DNA from: Candidatus Saccharimonadales bacterium
GTDB taxonomy: Bacteria; Chloroflexota; Dormibacteria; Aeolococcales; Aeolococcaceae
NCBI GenBank assembly: GCA_035532495.1
Contig: DATKQX010000082.1
Coordinates: 4,399-68,398 of the forward strand
Reading direction: 5' to 3'
DNA length: 64,000 nt
A program made the position numbers and the translations under genes. Under the pieces are notes generated by a model. That model had not been told where the DNA came from, ran no database searches, and saw only the letters and a program-made list of their open reading frames with translations. This document shows positions 37,721 through 46,060 of this stretch, piece after piece; position 1 is the first letter of the stretch, and every line of letters starts with the position of its first letter.

Positions 37721-40158
37721 CAGTGCGCCTCAAGCATCTTCGTGGTCAGCTGCTCGACGCTGCGGATGAACTCGCGCATGTCCCCGTAGACCTTCCCGCT
37801 GTGCGTCCCGCGGTTGCACTCCTTGACTGCATCGACGGCCCACGGGTGGTGCTTGAATAGATACGCCGCGACATCCCCGGCTCGGTCAGCATCGTGCAAC
37901 AACGCGAGCGCCAGCCACATGTTCAGCGTGGTCGGCTTCTGGAGCGTCGCCTCGACCTCGGCGTACGACCTGCCCTGACGCAGCAGATGCCGCGTCGCGG
38001 CACGTGACGAGGCCGCCTCGAGCGCCAGCCTACAGAACCCCGGCACGACACGGAGCGCCTCCGCGGGTAGATCTCTGCTGTTCGCAACAGCGAACGCATC
38101 GTCGATGTAGCGCTGCACGGGATCCTGGATCCGCCGCAGCTCCACGACCGATTGGTCACGCCGCACCACTTCGATCACCGTTGCCGCAATATCGAGCGCA
38201 CTCATCGCATCGGCCAGGCGCGTGTCATGTGTGAGGACGATCACCTGGCGCTCCTTCGCGGCGCGAGCGAGCACCTGCGCGAGCCCCGCGACCTTGGCCG
38301 GGTCCATCGCCTGTACCGGGTCGTCGATGACCACGAAGCGAAACGGCGACTCCGGCATCGACGCGCGCGGCAGAAACAGCGACAGAGCAAGGCAGTTGAG
38401 CTCACCCTGGCTCATGACGCCGAGCGCGGATCCATCCTCGCCATCGACCTTGACGTCGAGCGACAGACGGCGCTGTGTTTGCGCGCCGCGCAGGCGCAAC
38501 TCTCCAAGCGAGACGTTGCTGTCCTGGCGCAACTGCGTCCAGTTCTCCTGCACCGCGCGGGCGATGGGACGGAAACGCTCGTCGCGCAACTCGTCGTGCG
38601 CATCCTTCAGCCAGCGCTCGGCGTCCTTGAGTCGAGTGACCTCGTGCTCGGCCCCCTGCGCACGGCGTCCAAGCGGCAACCACAACGCAATGGCGTCCGC
38701 AGCGGGCCGCCAGGCTCGCTCCAATCGCTCGAGCTCGGCGGCTGCGGCGCGGCGAAGGTCGCCGACCGCTGCGATGAGCGGTGGTCCATACGTTTCGAGA
38801 TGGCTGGCCAAAGCGAGCGCGTCATCGTCCGCGGCCACGCCGGACCACTGCTCCCAGACCCGGACCGCTGGGTCGATGTCGATCCCCGCCCCCGCGCTGT
38901 CGCGAAGTGTTCGCAGCGGTGCGGTCACGAGCTGCCTCGCCTGCCGCATTGCGTTGTCGAGCATGGTGTGGGCCTTGCGCACCGCTTCGGCGTCCGCTCG
39001 GAGCGCCACCATCTCGTCGCGCGCCCGCACACGCCACTGATAGGTGAGGACCCCTTCGGAGCCGCAAACGGGGCACCGTTCACTCTCCGCGTGCGCATGC
39101 ATGTCGAGCGCCTGCTGGAGCAGCGACGCCACGTCGTGCGCTCGTCCCGCATCGGTGCTGCGCAATCGCTCAGCGGCGCCGTGCGCGTCGCGCAGCTCAG
39201 TGATCGCAATGTTGACGCGCTCGCGGTCCAGCACGGGCAGGCCGGCGAGGTCCCGGAGCTTGCGGAGAACGATGCTCTCGTCACTCTGTGCGTCACCACC
39301 GACGGTGCTCGCAACCACGCCCAGGTCCCACGCCTTGGACGCGAGCGCCGCGCGAACCACGTCGGCACGTTCATCTGTTGTCCGCTCGAGCAGCCCGCGC
39401 AGCTGCGGTACCGCATCGCGCGCCGCCTTGATATCGTGCTCGCGATCCAGGCGAGCCTTCTGCAACACCTGCTGCGCCGCAGCGAGATCACCGAGCCCCA
39501 GGATGCCGGCGACCGCGTCATAGAGCTTCGACTGCTCGCGGTCGAGCGCATGCTCGAGCTCGTTATGCGAAAGGAGCGGCGGGTAGCCCGCGAGTTGTTG
39601 CGTCCACCCGAGGGAATCCGGTGACGCCACCTTGCCGTCGACGGTCAGCGTCGAACCCTCGACGCCGTCGCCATCTTTCCAGACTCGCGCCACGTCGAGC
39701 GCCTGCCTGCGTCCGTCGATGGCGAAGCGCGCGGCCACCCGCGTATGCCGGTGATGCAGGTTCTGCCATCCGTCGCGCCACACCTTGACGCGCTGTTCCC
39801 AGCGCTGGTTGGTGCCCAGCAACACCATTTCGAGCGCTTCGGAGAACGACGACTTCCCCGAACCGTTGCGGCCGACGACCAATGTCAGTCCGGGTCCCGG
39901 ATCGATGTGCAGTGTCGCCGGTGGCCCGACGCCCCGAAAGCCCTCGACCTCGATGGCGGTGAGGTACGCCGCCGACGGCGCGGCCGCCGCGGCGATCTGC
40001 GTTGCGGACGCCGCCGCCGAACCCTCCTCACCCCGCAACGCCGCATCGACGGATGACGCACCCTGGAAGGCGGCGATGATGAGGTCGGCCGCGCCGGGCG
40101 CCGGTGGATCTGAGTCGATGCGGTCGACGACGAGGGCGAGCAGCGCGGTATCAGGCAT
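37720..40158 (-). CDS. SbcC/Rad50/RloC-like ABC ATPase with CxxC zinc hook and extra C-terminal helical domain
   Basis: 812 aa. Walker A GRNGSGKSS (aa 96-104), long helical insert with CPVCGS (aa 362-367), signature SQGELNCLALSLFL, Walker B FRFVVIDDP, H-loop VLTHD, then a helical tail of about 130 aa (aa ~683-812). Confidence 0.85.
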   Translation of the reverse strand: MPDTALLALVVDRIDSDPPAPGAADLIIAAFQGASSVDAALRGEEGSAAASATQIAAAAAPSAAYLTAIEVEGFRGVGPPATLHIDPGPGLTLVVGRNGSGKSSFSEALEMVLLGTNQRWEQRVKVWRDGWQNLHHRHTRVAARFAIDGRRQALDVARVWKDGDGVEGSTLTVDGKVASPDSLGWTQQLAGYPPLLSHNELEHALDREQSKLYDAVAGILGLGDLAAAQQVLQKARLDREHDIKAARDAVPQLRGLLERTTDERADVVRAALASKAWDLGVVASTVGGDAQSDESIVLRKLRDLAGLPVLDRERVNIAITELRDAHGAAERLRSTDAGRAHDVASLLQQALDMHAHAESERCPVCGSEGVLTYQWRVRARDEMVALRADAEAVRKAHTMLDNAMRQARQLVTAPLRTLRDSAGAGIDIDPAVRVWEQWSGVAADDDALALASHLETYGPPLIAAVGDLRRAAAAELERLERAWRPAADAIALWLPLGRRAQGAEHEVTRLKDAERWLKDAHDELRDERFRPIARAVQENWTQLRQDSNVSLGELRLRGAQTQRRLSLDVKVDGEDGSALGVMSQGELNCLALSLFLPRASMPESPFRFVVIDDPVQAMDPAKVAGLAQVLARAAKERQVIVLTHDTRLADAMSALDIAATVIEVVRRDQSVVELRRIQDPVQRYIDDAFAVANSRDLPAEALRVVPGFCRLALEAASSRAATRHLLRQGRSYAEVEATLQKPTTLNMWLALALLHDADRAGDVAAYLFKHHPWAVDAVKECNRGTHSGKVYGDMREFIRSVEQLTTKMLEAH

Positions 40159-40633
40159 CGGGCATCGTCGGTGAGCTGGTCACGCGTTTCAAGACGATTT
40201 CATCAGGTGTCCTGCCGTGGTCGACGAAGTACGTCGCACGTGTCCCGTCCTTCTCGAGATGCACCAGCGAACCGACCTTGAACGTGTCCGCGGGCACCGT
40301 GAGCGGCGGTTTGCGCGGCGGCGTCTGAACCGGCGGGTCAGGCGGTGCGGGCGTCGCCGTGGGCGCGGTGGACATGGCCGCACGCTCGCGCCGCACGTGG
40401 TGGCGGTGGACGGTAACGCCGACGGCGATCGCCGTCAGCACCAGGACGGGGACGCTGATGTACCAGTACGCGATGCTCAACGCGAGCACGACCGCAAGCA
40501 CGATGTATCCGACGCAGCCGATGCCACCTGTGGCTCGGGCTGCCTGCCGGGCGGCATGGTGGGGACGCCTGGCGTAGGTCGACAACCCCGCCCAAAACCC
40601 TCCCGGAAGTCGATGGCCCAGAGAGAAGCGCAC
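40151..40633 (-). CDS. two-TM membrane protein with Pro-rich linker and small C-terminal globular domain
   Basis: Its stop overlaps the ATPase ATG by 8 nt. TM hairpin GCVGYIVLAVVLALSIAYWYISVPVLVLTAIAVGV, then TPAPPDPPVQTPPRKPP, then FKVGSLVHLEKDGTRATYFVDHGRTPDEIVLKRV. The start is GTG 40633 or TTG 40585. The track ORF start at 40876 would be antisense to the HD gene. Confidence 0.65.
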   Translation of the reverse strand: MRFSLGHRLPGGFWAGLSTYARRPHHAARQAARATGGIGCVGYIVLAVVLALSIAYWYISVPVLVLTAIAVGVTVHRHHVRRERAAMSTAPTATPAPPDPPVQTPPRKPPLTVPADTFKVGSLVHLEKDGTRATYFVDHGRTPDEIVLKRVTSSPTMPDA

Positions 40634-40698
40634 GCGCCATTCTGGCGCGCCCGGCGGCGACTCTTCGCGCGGCACCCGGCACAACCGACAATGAGGCT

Positions 40699-41307
40699 GT
40701 GCCCGAACGCGACACCGCCGCTCCACCACTGACCCGCCGCTTCGCCACGGCGTTCGCGCTCGCCTGGGCCGTCCATGGGGATCAGTTCCGCAAGAAGACC
40801 GGCATTCCCTACATGGCGCACGTGATGTCGGTCTGCGCGCTCGCCATGGAGCACGGCGCCGACGAGGACGTCGCAATCGCCGCGCTCCTCCACGACACCG
40901 TCGAGGACTCCGATGACGGCGCCGCCACCCTCAGCGTCATTGAGGACCAGTTCGGGGAACGGGTCGCACGCATCGTGCTGGCGTGCAGCGATGCTGTCGC
41001 CGTTCCTGATCAACCCAAGCCCGACTGGCGCGAGCGGAAGGACCAATACCTCCATCATCTCGACGTCGACGCAGATGACGACGTCCTGCTCGTCTCGGCG
41101 TGCGACAAGGTCCACAACTCGAGCGCGATCCTCGGGGACCTCCGCAGCGAGGGCGACATCGTTTGGCAACGCTTCACGGTCTCGGACCCGGACCAGCAAC
41201 TCTGGTACTACACGCGCGTCGCGGAGATCCTGCAACGCAGACTGCCGGGACCGCTGACCGACGATCTCGGCCGCATCGTCGGAGCGATCGCCGCACTCGT
41301 TCCCTGA
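40699..41307 (+). CDS. stand-alone RelA/SpoT-type HD hydrolase (small alarmone hydrolase-like)
   Basis: AVHGDQFRKKTGIPYMAHVMSVCALAMEHGADEDVAIAALLHDTVEDS...FGERVARIV matches the (p)ppGpp-hydrolase HD domain. 202 aa with no synthetase domain. Confidence 0.75.
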   Translation: MPERDTAAPPLTRRFATAFALAWAVHGDQFRKKTGIPYMAHVMSVCALAMEHGADEDVAIAALLHDTVEDSDDGAATLSVIEDQFGERVARIVLACSDAVAVPDQPKPDWRERKDQYLHHLDVDADDDVLLVSACDKVHNSSAILGDLRSEGDIVWQRFTVSDPDQQLWYYTRVAEILQRRLPGPLTDDLGRIVGAIAALVP

Positions 41308-41366
41308 ACGGATCAGATCGAGTCGACAATCCGCCGGCGCAGCCGAGGCGCATATGATGCGCGCCG

Positions 41367-42212
41367 ATGAGTGCCTCTCGTCCACTCGAACAGCGCGTCG
41401 CGATCGTCACTGGATCGAGCCGCGGCATAGGTCGCGCCATGGCACTTCGCCTTGCCAGTGAAGGCGCATCCGTCGTCATCACGGGCAAGTCCGAGACGGG
41501 GACCGACAAGCTCCCCGGAAGCATCCACACCGTTGTCGCGGAGATCGAGGCAGCCGGAGGCGCCGCGCTCGCAGTGCGCGTTGACGTGCGTCACGAGGAC
41601 GAGGTCAAAGCGATGGTGAACGCGACGATCGAACACTTCGGGCGTCTCGACATTCTTGTCAATAACGCCGGCGCACTGTGGTGGCAACCGGTGCTCGACA
41701 CGCCGCCCAAACGCTACGACCTGATGTGGGAGATCAACGTCCGTGCGGCATATCTCTGCTCGTACTACGCGCTGCCTCACATGGTCGAGCGCCACTGGGG
41801 TCACATCATCATGTGCTCCCCACCGATCAGCACCACGCCAAGCCCGGGGCACGTTGCTTACATGACCACCAAGATGGGCATGACCCGTATGGCCATCGGG
41901 ATCGCCGCCGAGCTCGAATCCGACGGGGTCGCGTGCAACTCGCTCTGGCCGGTGACCATCATCGAAAGCCTCGCCAGCATCAACTGGGGCCTCGGCGACC
42001 GCAGCCAGTGGCGGTCGCCGGAGATCCTCTGCGACGCGATGATGGAGATCGTCGGGACCGCGCCACCCACGCTCACCGGGCAGCAGATTCTCGATGAGCC
42101 GTTTCTCCGCGAGCGGGGATGGACGGACGCTCGCCTCGACGCGTACTGGCTCGAAGGCAAGCCCCCTGAGCATCCGGTCTACATCGACGGGCGGTCAGGC
42201 TCCTCCATGTAG
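41367..42212 (+). CDS. SDR-family oxidoreductase
   Basis: VAIVTGSSRGIGRAMALRLA, NNAGAL, and Y-x3-K (YMTTKMG). Confidence 0.85.
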   Translation: MSASRPLEQRVAIVTGSSRGIGRAMALRLASEGASVVITGKSETGTDKLPGSIHTVVAEIEAAGGAALAVRVDVRHEDEVKAMVNATIEHFGRLDILVNNAGALWWQPVLDTPPKRYDLMWEINVRAAYLCSYYALPHMVERHWGHIIMCSPPISTTPSPGHVAYMTTKMGMTRMAIGIAAELESDGVACNSLWPVTIIESLASINWGLGDRSQWRSPEILCDAMMEIVGTAPPTLTGQQILDEPFLRERGWTDARLDAYWLEGKPPEHPVYIDGRSGSSM

Positions 42213-42250
42213 TGCCGGGGTCTGCGAGCGGTCACCCGTATGATCGAAGC

Positions 42251-43372
42251 ATGAGCCCGACAACTCGATCAGACGTCGTACGCCGGGCGCTCACGGTTGG
42301 GGCCGTCGGCGCCGGCGCCGTCATCTCGGCCAGGGTGCTCCTCCGTCCGCAGGTCAAAACCCAGCGTCGCCTCGTCGATTGGGAGGACGTTCGGCGCATC
42401 GCGGTGTCGCGAACCGGGGTTGCCCAAGGGCGCAGCATCGACCGGCCGGCACTCGAGGCCGCCTACACGGAGATGGCCGCACGGGTGGCGCCGATGATGA
42501 CGGAGATCTCTCAGGTGCCCCTGACGTCCTACCCGCGATTCGTCGCGCTGGACCGCGCGGGGTTCATCGACGCGAACCTCGTGATGGTCCAGCGTCTGCT
42601 CGCGCCGGTGGAGCGGCTGCGTGCCCGCGTGCCCGAGTCGATCGCAACCGGGATGAGCCGGCGAATGCTCGACCGCTACGTCGGCGAGCTGTTCGGCCTC
42701 ATGTCGCGGCGGGTGCTCGGCCAGTACGACCCGGTGCTCTCCCTGGTCGACGACCCCGGCGCCGTCGAGCAGCCGAGCGCGCTCTACCTGGTGGAGCCCA
42801 ACATCGCCGGGATCGAGCGCGACCTCTCACTCGGCGACACCGATCTCCGCCCCTGGCTGATCCTCCACGAGCTGACGCACGCGTGGCAGTTCGAGCTCCA
42901 TCCCTGGCTGGGTAAGCACCTGCAGGACCTCATGCGCGGTCTCATGATCGACGCCCTCTCGGCGGACGGCGAGACTCTGCTGCCGTCACGCGATATGGTC
43001 CGCAAGCTTCCCGACACCGTCCGCGGACAACTGCGCGCGATCAGTCATGTCCAGGCGGTGATGAGCGTGCTCGAGGGGTACAGCAACTTCCTCATGCACC
43101 GAGCCGGGCGGAAGGCGATTCGCGGCGCCGACAAGCTCGAGGCCGCCATGCAGCGCCGCCGCCGCCAGCGCGGTCCCATGGAGCGTCTCATCCTCACCAT
43201 CACCGGGCTCGAGATCAAGATGCGCCAATACGAGGTTGGCGAGCAGTTCGCCGTCGCTGTTTTCGATCGCGCCGGGCTGACCGCGCTCAATCGCGTGTGG
43301 GAATCCGCGGAGATGATGCCGTCGCTCGACGAGTTGCGACATCCGGACCTCTGGCTCCGGCGGGTGGGCTGA
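42251..43372 (+). CDS. zinc-dependent metalloprotease, DUF2342 family
   Basis: HELTHAWQF (HExxH), with length and layout typical of the actinobacterial DUF2342/F420-associated hydrolase family. ATG 42251 is preferred. Confidence 0.7.
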   Translation: MSPTTRSDVVRRALTVGAVGAGAVISARVLLRPQVKTQRRLVDWEDVRRIAVSRTGVAQGRSIDRPALEAAYTEMAARVAPMMTEISQVPLTSYPRFVALDRAGFIDANLVMVQRLLAPVERLRARVPESIATGMSRRMLDRYVGELFGLMSRRVLGQYDPVLSLVDDPGAVEQPSALYLVEPNIAGIERDLSLGDTDLRPWLILHELTHAWQFELHPWLGKHLQDLMRGLMIDALSADGETLLPSRDMVRKLPDTVRGQLRAISHVQAVMSVLEGYSNFLMHRAGRKAIRGADKLEAAMQRRRRQRGPMERLILTITGLEIKMRQYEVGEQFAVAVFDRAGLTALNRVWESAEMMPSLDELRHPDLWLRRVG

Positions 43373-43375
43373 CTC

Positions 43376-43819
43376 ATGGCCGTCTCCGCGACAACGAGCG
43401 TCGCCGACCGGCTTGCCGCGCAGGGACACCGCCTCACCCTGCAACGGATGATCGTTGCCGGGGCGCTGGCCCGGGCCGCGCATACGGTCAGCGCCCAGGA
43501 GCTGTACGAAACACTGCACGCCGAGCACCCTCAGCTGGGGCGCGCGACCGTGTTCCGGACCCTCGACTTCCTGGTCGATGCAGGGCTGGCGCAGCGTTTT
43601 GAGGCTGAAGGCCACATCCATGTCTACACGTCGTGCGCCGACAACCATCACCATCACCTGGTCTGCCGCCATTGCGGATCGACGACCGAGATCGACGACA
43701 CCGCCGTCAACCAGCTCATCGACGCGGTGCTCGGCGGGTATGGATTCGCGCTCGACCACGCGGCGCTTGATTTCTACGGCACCTGCGCGGCGTGCGCCGC
43801 GGCGCGCACCGCCCCCTGA
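43376..43819 (+). CDS. Fur-family metalloregulator (Zur/Fur-like)
   Basis: Winged-helix N-terminus, HHHHLVCRHCG and C-terminal CAAC metal sites. 147 aa. Confidence 0.85.
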   Translation: MAVSATTSVADRLAAQGHRLTLQRMIVAGALARAAHTVSAQELYETLHAEHPQLGRATVFRTLDFLVDAGLAQRFEAEGHIHVYTSCADNHHHHLVCRHCGSTTEIDDTAVNQLIDAVLGGYGFALDHAALDFYGTCAACAAARTAP

Positions 43820-44943
43820 GCGCGACGCCCGTCGCGGTCTGCGCGCCGAACGCGTTCAAAGGAACGCTCAGCGCCCGAGCCGCCGCGAAAGCGCTGGCCC
43901 TTGGCGTGCGCGACTCGGGCGCGCGCGCCGTCGAGTTGCCCGTGGCGGACGGCGGCGACGGAACGCTCGACGTCCTGCTCGCGGCGCGCCCTGCATCGAA
44001 GGTGAGCCGGCACCCTGTGACCGGTCCGGCCGGGCGGCCTGTGACCGCCCGACTTGGTCTCCTCGATGCGGCCACTGCGGTGGTTGAGCTCGCCGAGGCA
44101 TCAGGGCTGCGGCTCGTGGGACCCACGCGTATGGATGCGCTGCACGCGACGTCGCGCGGCACGGGCGAGCTGATCCGTCGAGCACTCGATGCGGGGACCA
44201 CGCGGATCGTCGTCGGCATGGGCGGCAGCGCCTGCACCGACGGTGGGTCCGGCATGCTGCAGGCGCTCGGCGTCCGGCTCACCGATGCTCGCGGCGCGGA
44301 CATCGGCCCGGGCGGCGCCGGCCTCGAGGACCTGACCGCGATCGACCTCTCCGACGTCCATCCGGCGCTGGCGCGCTGCTCGATCGACGTGGCATGCGAC
44401 ATCCGTAGCCCGCTCCTCGGTGCGGAGGGTGCCGCCCGCATGTTCGCGGCGCAGAAGGGCGCGTCTCCGGCAGAGGTGGAGCGACTGGAGCGCGCGCTCG
44501 ACCATCTCGCGGGTGTGGCTCGCGGGCTTCCTGCCGGCGATGTCGCCGGCTTGCCCGGCGCCGGCGCGGCTGGCGGATGCGGATTCGGGCTGGCGCTGAT
44601 CGGGGCGCGGCTGCTGCCCGGCGCCGCGCTCGTCTGCGACGTTGTCGGGCTCGACGCCGCACTCTCGGCCGCGTCGTTCGCCCTCACCGGCGAGGGTCGG
44701 CTGGACGTCCAAACAAGGGTCGGCAAGGCTCCTGCGGAGGTCGCTGCACGCGCGAAACGATGGGGTGTCCCGTGCGTCGCGGTGTGCGGAACGGTCGCCG
44801 ACCGTCTGCCTGAGCTGTTCGACCGTGCCATCGCACTCGACGAGTTGGGCGCCGCAACCGACCCGATCCGGCAGACGCGGGCGCTCCTCCGCCGGGCGGC
44901 AGCGCAGGTGATCCGGGAGACGTTCCCGGCTCTGTCTCAGTAG
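43792..44943 (+). CDS. glycerate kinase
   Basis: VAVCAPNAFKGTLSA...LPVADGGDGTLDVL N-terminal signature and a C-terminal GEGRLDVQT motif. The GTG start overlaps fur by 28 nt. Confidence 0.8.
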   Translation: MRRGAHRPLSATPVAVCAPNAFKGTLSARAAAKALALGVRDSGARAVELPVADGGDGTLDVLLAARPASKVSRHPVTGPAGRPVTARLGLLDAATAVVELAEASGLRLVGPTRMDALHATSRGTGELIRRALDAGTTRIVVGMGGSACTDGGSGMLQALGVRLTDARGADIGPGGAGLEDLTAIDLSDVHPALARCSIDVACDIRSPLLGAEGAARMFAAQKGASPAEVERLERALDHLAGVARGLPAGDVAGLPGAGAAGGCGFGLALIGARLLPGAALVCDVVGLDAALSAASFALTGEGRLDVQTRVGKAPAEVAARAKRWGVPCVAVCGTVADRLPELFDRAIALDELGAATDPIRQTRALLRRAAAQVIRETFPALSQ

Positions 44944-45896
44944 ACTGGCGTCAGCCAGGCCGCGTATTTCGGATCGCGACCCGTCACGACCTTGTGGTAC
45001 GTGTCCTGGACGCGCATCGTCAGCGGGCCGGGCTCGCCGTCGCCGATACGCCGGCGGTCGATCTCGATGACGGGCGCCACCTGGGCGCCGGTCCCGACCA
45101 TGAACACCTCATCGGAGATGTAGAGCTCGGAGCGGTCGATGGTGCGCTCGCGGACCTCGAGGCCGAGTTCCTCGCGGAGCACGTGGATGACCGTCGCCCG
45201 TGTGATGCCCTCGAGAATGCTGTCCGACGGTGGCGGGGTGAGCACCTCACCGCGGCGGACGATGAAGATGTTCTCAGCGCTGCCCTCGGAGACATGACCA
45301 CCGCTCGTCAGCATGATCGCCTCATCAAATCCGCCTTGCAGCGCTTCGCTTTTCGCCAGTGCCGAGTTGACGTACAGGCCGGTGCACTTGGTCCTGACCG
45401 GGGCCATCGAGTCATCGATGCGGCGCCAGGACGAGACCATGCAACGGATCCCACCGTTGCCGACGTACAGCCCCATCGGCGCAGTCACGATCGCGAAGCT
45501 GTCGGGGACATCGTGAAGCTTGACCCCGATGATCTCGGCGGCCTTGAACGAGAGCGGCCGGATGTAGACGTCCTCTCGATACTCGTTGCGCCGGAGGAGG
45601 TCGAGTGTCGCTGCGATCAGTTCCTCGACGCTCCAGGGGATCGTCATCTGCAGCACGCGGGTGTTCTGCCGCATGCGCTCGAAGTGCTGCGGGAGCGACA
45701 GCGCATACAGCTGCTCGCGATCGGCGTTCCAGTAGGCGCGGATGCCCTCGAACACGCCGGTGCCGTAGTTGAGGCCGTGCGTCAGCAGGCCGACCTTGGC
45801 ATCCGCGTAGCGAACGATTTCGCCGTTGAAGAAGACCCAGGACTTCTCGCGAAGTGAGGTGGCCTCAGCGATCGGAGCCGGTGCGGTTTGAGTCAT
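44937..45896 (-). CDS. ilvE: branched-chain-amino-acid aminotransferase
   Basis: GLNYGTGVFEGIRAY...DVYIRPL...EGSAENIFIV, fold-type IV PLP enzyme. ATG 45896 (MTQTAPAP...). Confidence 0.85.
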   Translation of the reverse strand: MTQTAPAPIAEATSLREKSWVFFNGEIVRYADAKVGLLTHGLNYGTGVFEGIRAYWNADREQLYALSLPQHFERMRQNTRVLQMTIPWSVEELIAATLDLLRRNEYREDVYIRPLSFKAAEIIGVKLHDVPDSFAIVTAPMGLYVGNGGIRCMVSSWRRIDDSMAPVRTKCTGLYVNSALAKSEALQGGFDEAIMLTSGGHVSEGSAENIFIVRRGEVLTPPPSDSILEGITRATVIHVLREELGLEVRERTIDRSELYISDEVFMVGTGAQVAPVIEIDRRRIGDGEPGPLTMRVQDTYHKVVTGRDPKYAAWLTPVY

Positions 45897-46060
45897 CAGC
45901 GACAGCCTACAACCATATGAGGCGGAGACCGGCCCAATCGGCCCACGCGCGAGACCCTTTGCTATGCTCGCGAGGTCCGGAAACACCTGGCTGGAAAGAC
46001 GAACCTGGACGAGCGGGGGGACACGCCGCCACGGAATCCGCCAGGGAAATTGGAGGAGTC

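Noticed and set aside
36833-37789. Track ORF of 318 aa taken at face value as one full-length protein.
   Set aside because: Only about the first 140 aa after GTG 36902 show SRA motifs. The 3' half lies antisense to ORF 37325-37720. That ORF's third codon positions coincide with the very G/C-rich first positions of this frame, and it is translationally coupled to the ATPase gene. The long open frame is best explained by high-GC stop-codon depletion.
40634-40876. Longer version (241 aa) of the first cassette gene starting at 40876.
   Set aside because: The extra N-terminal 80 aa are Arg-rich junk, and they lie antisense to the well-supported HD hydrolase gene starting at 40699.
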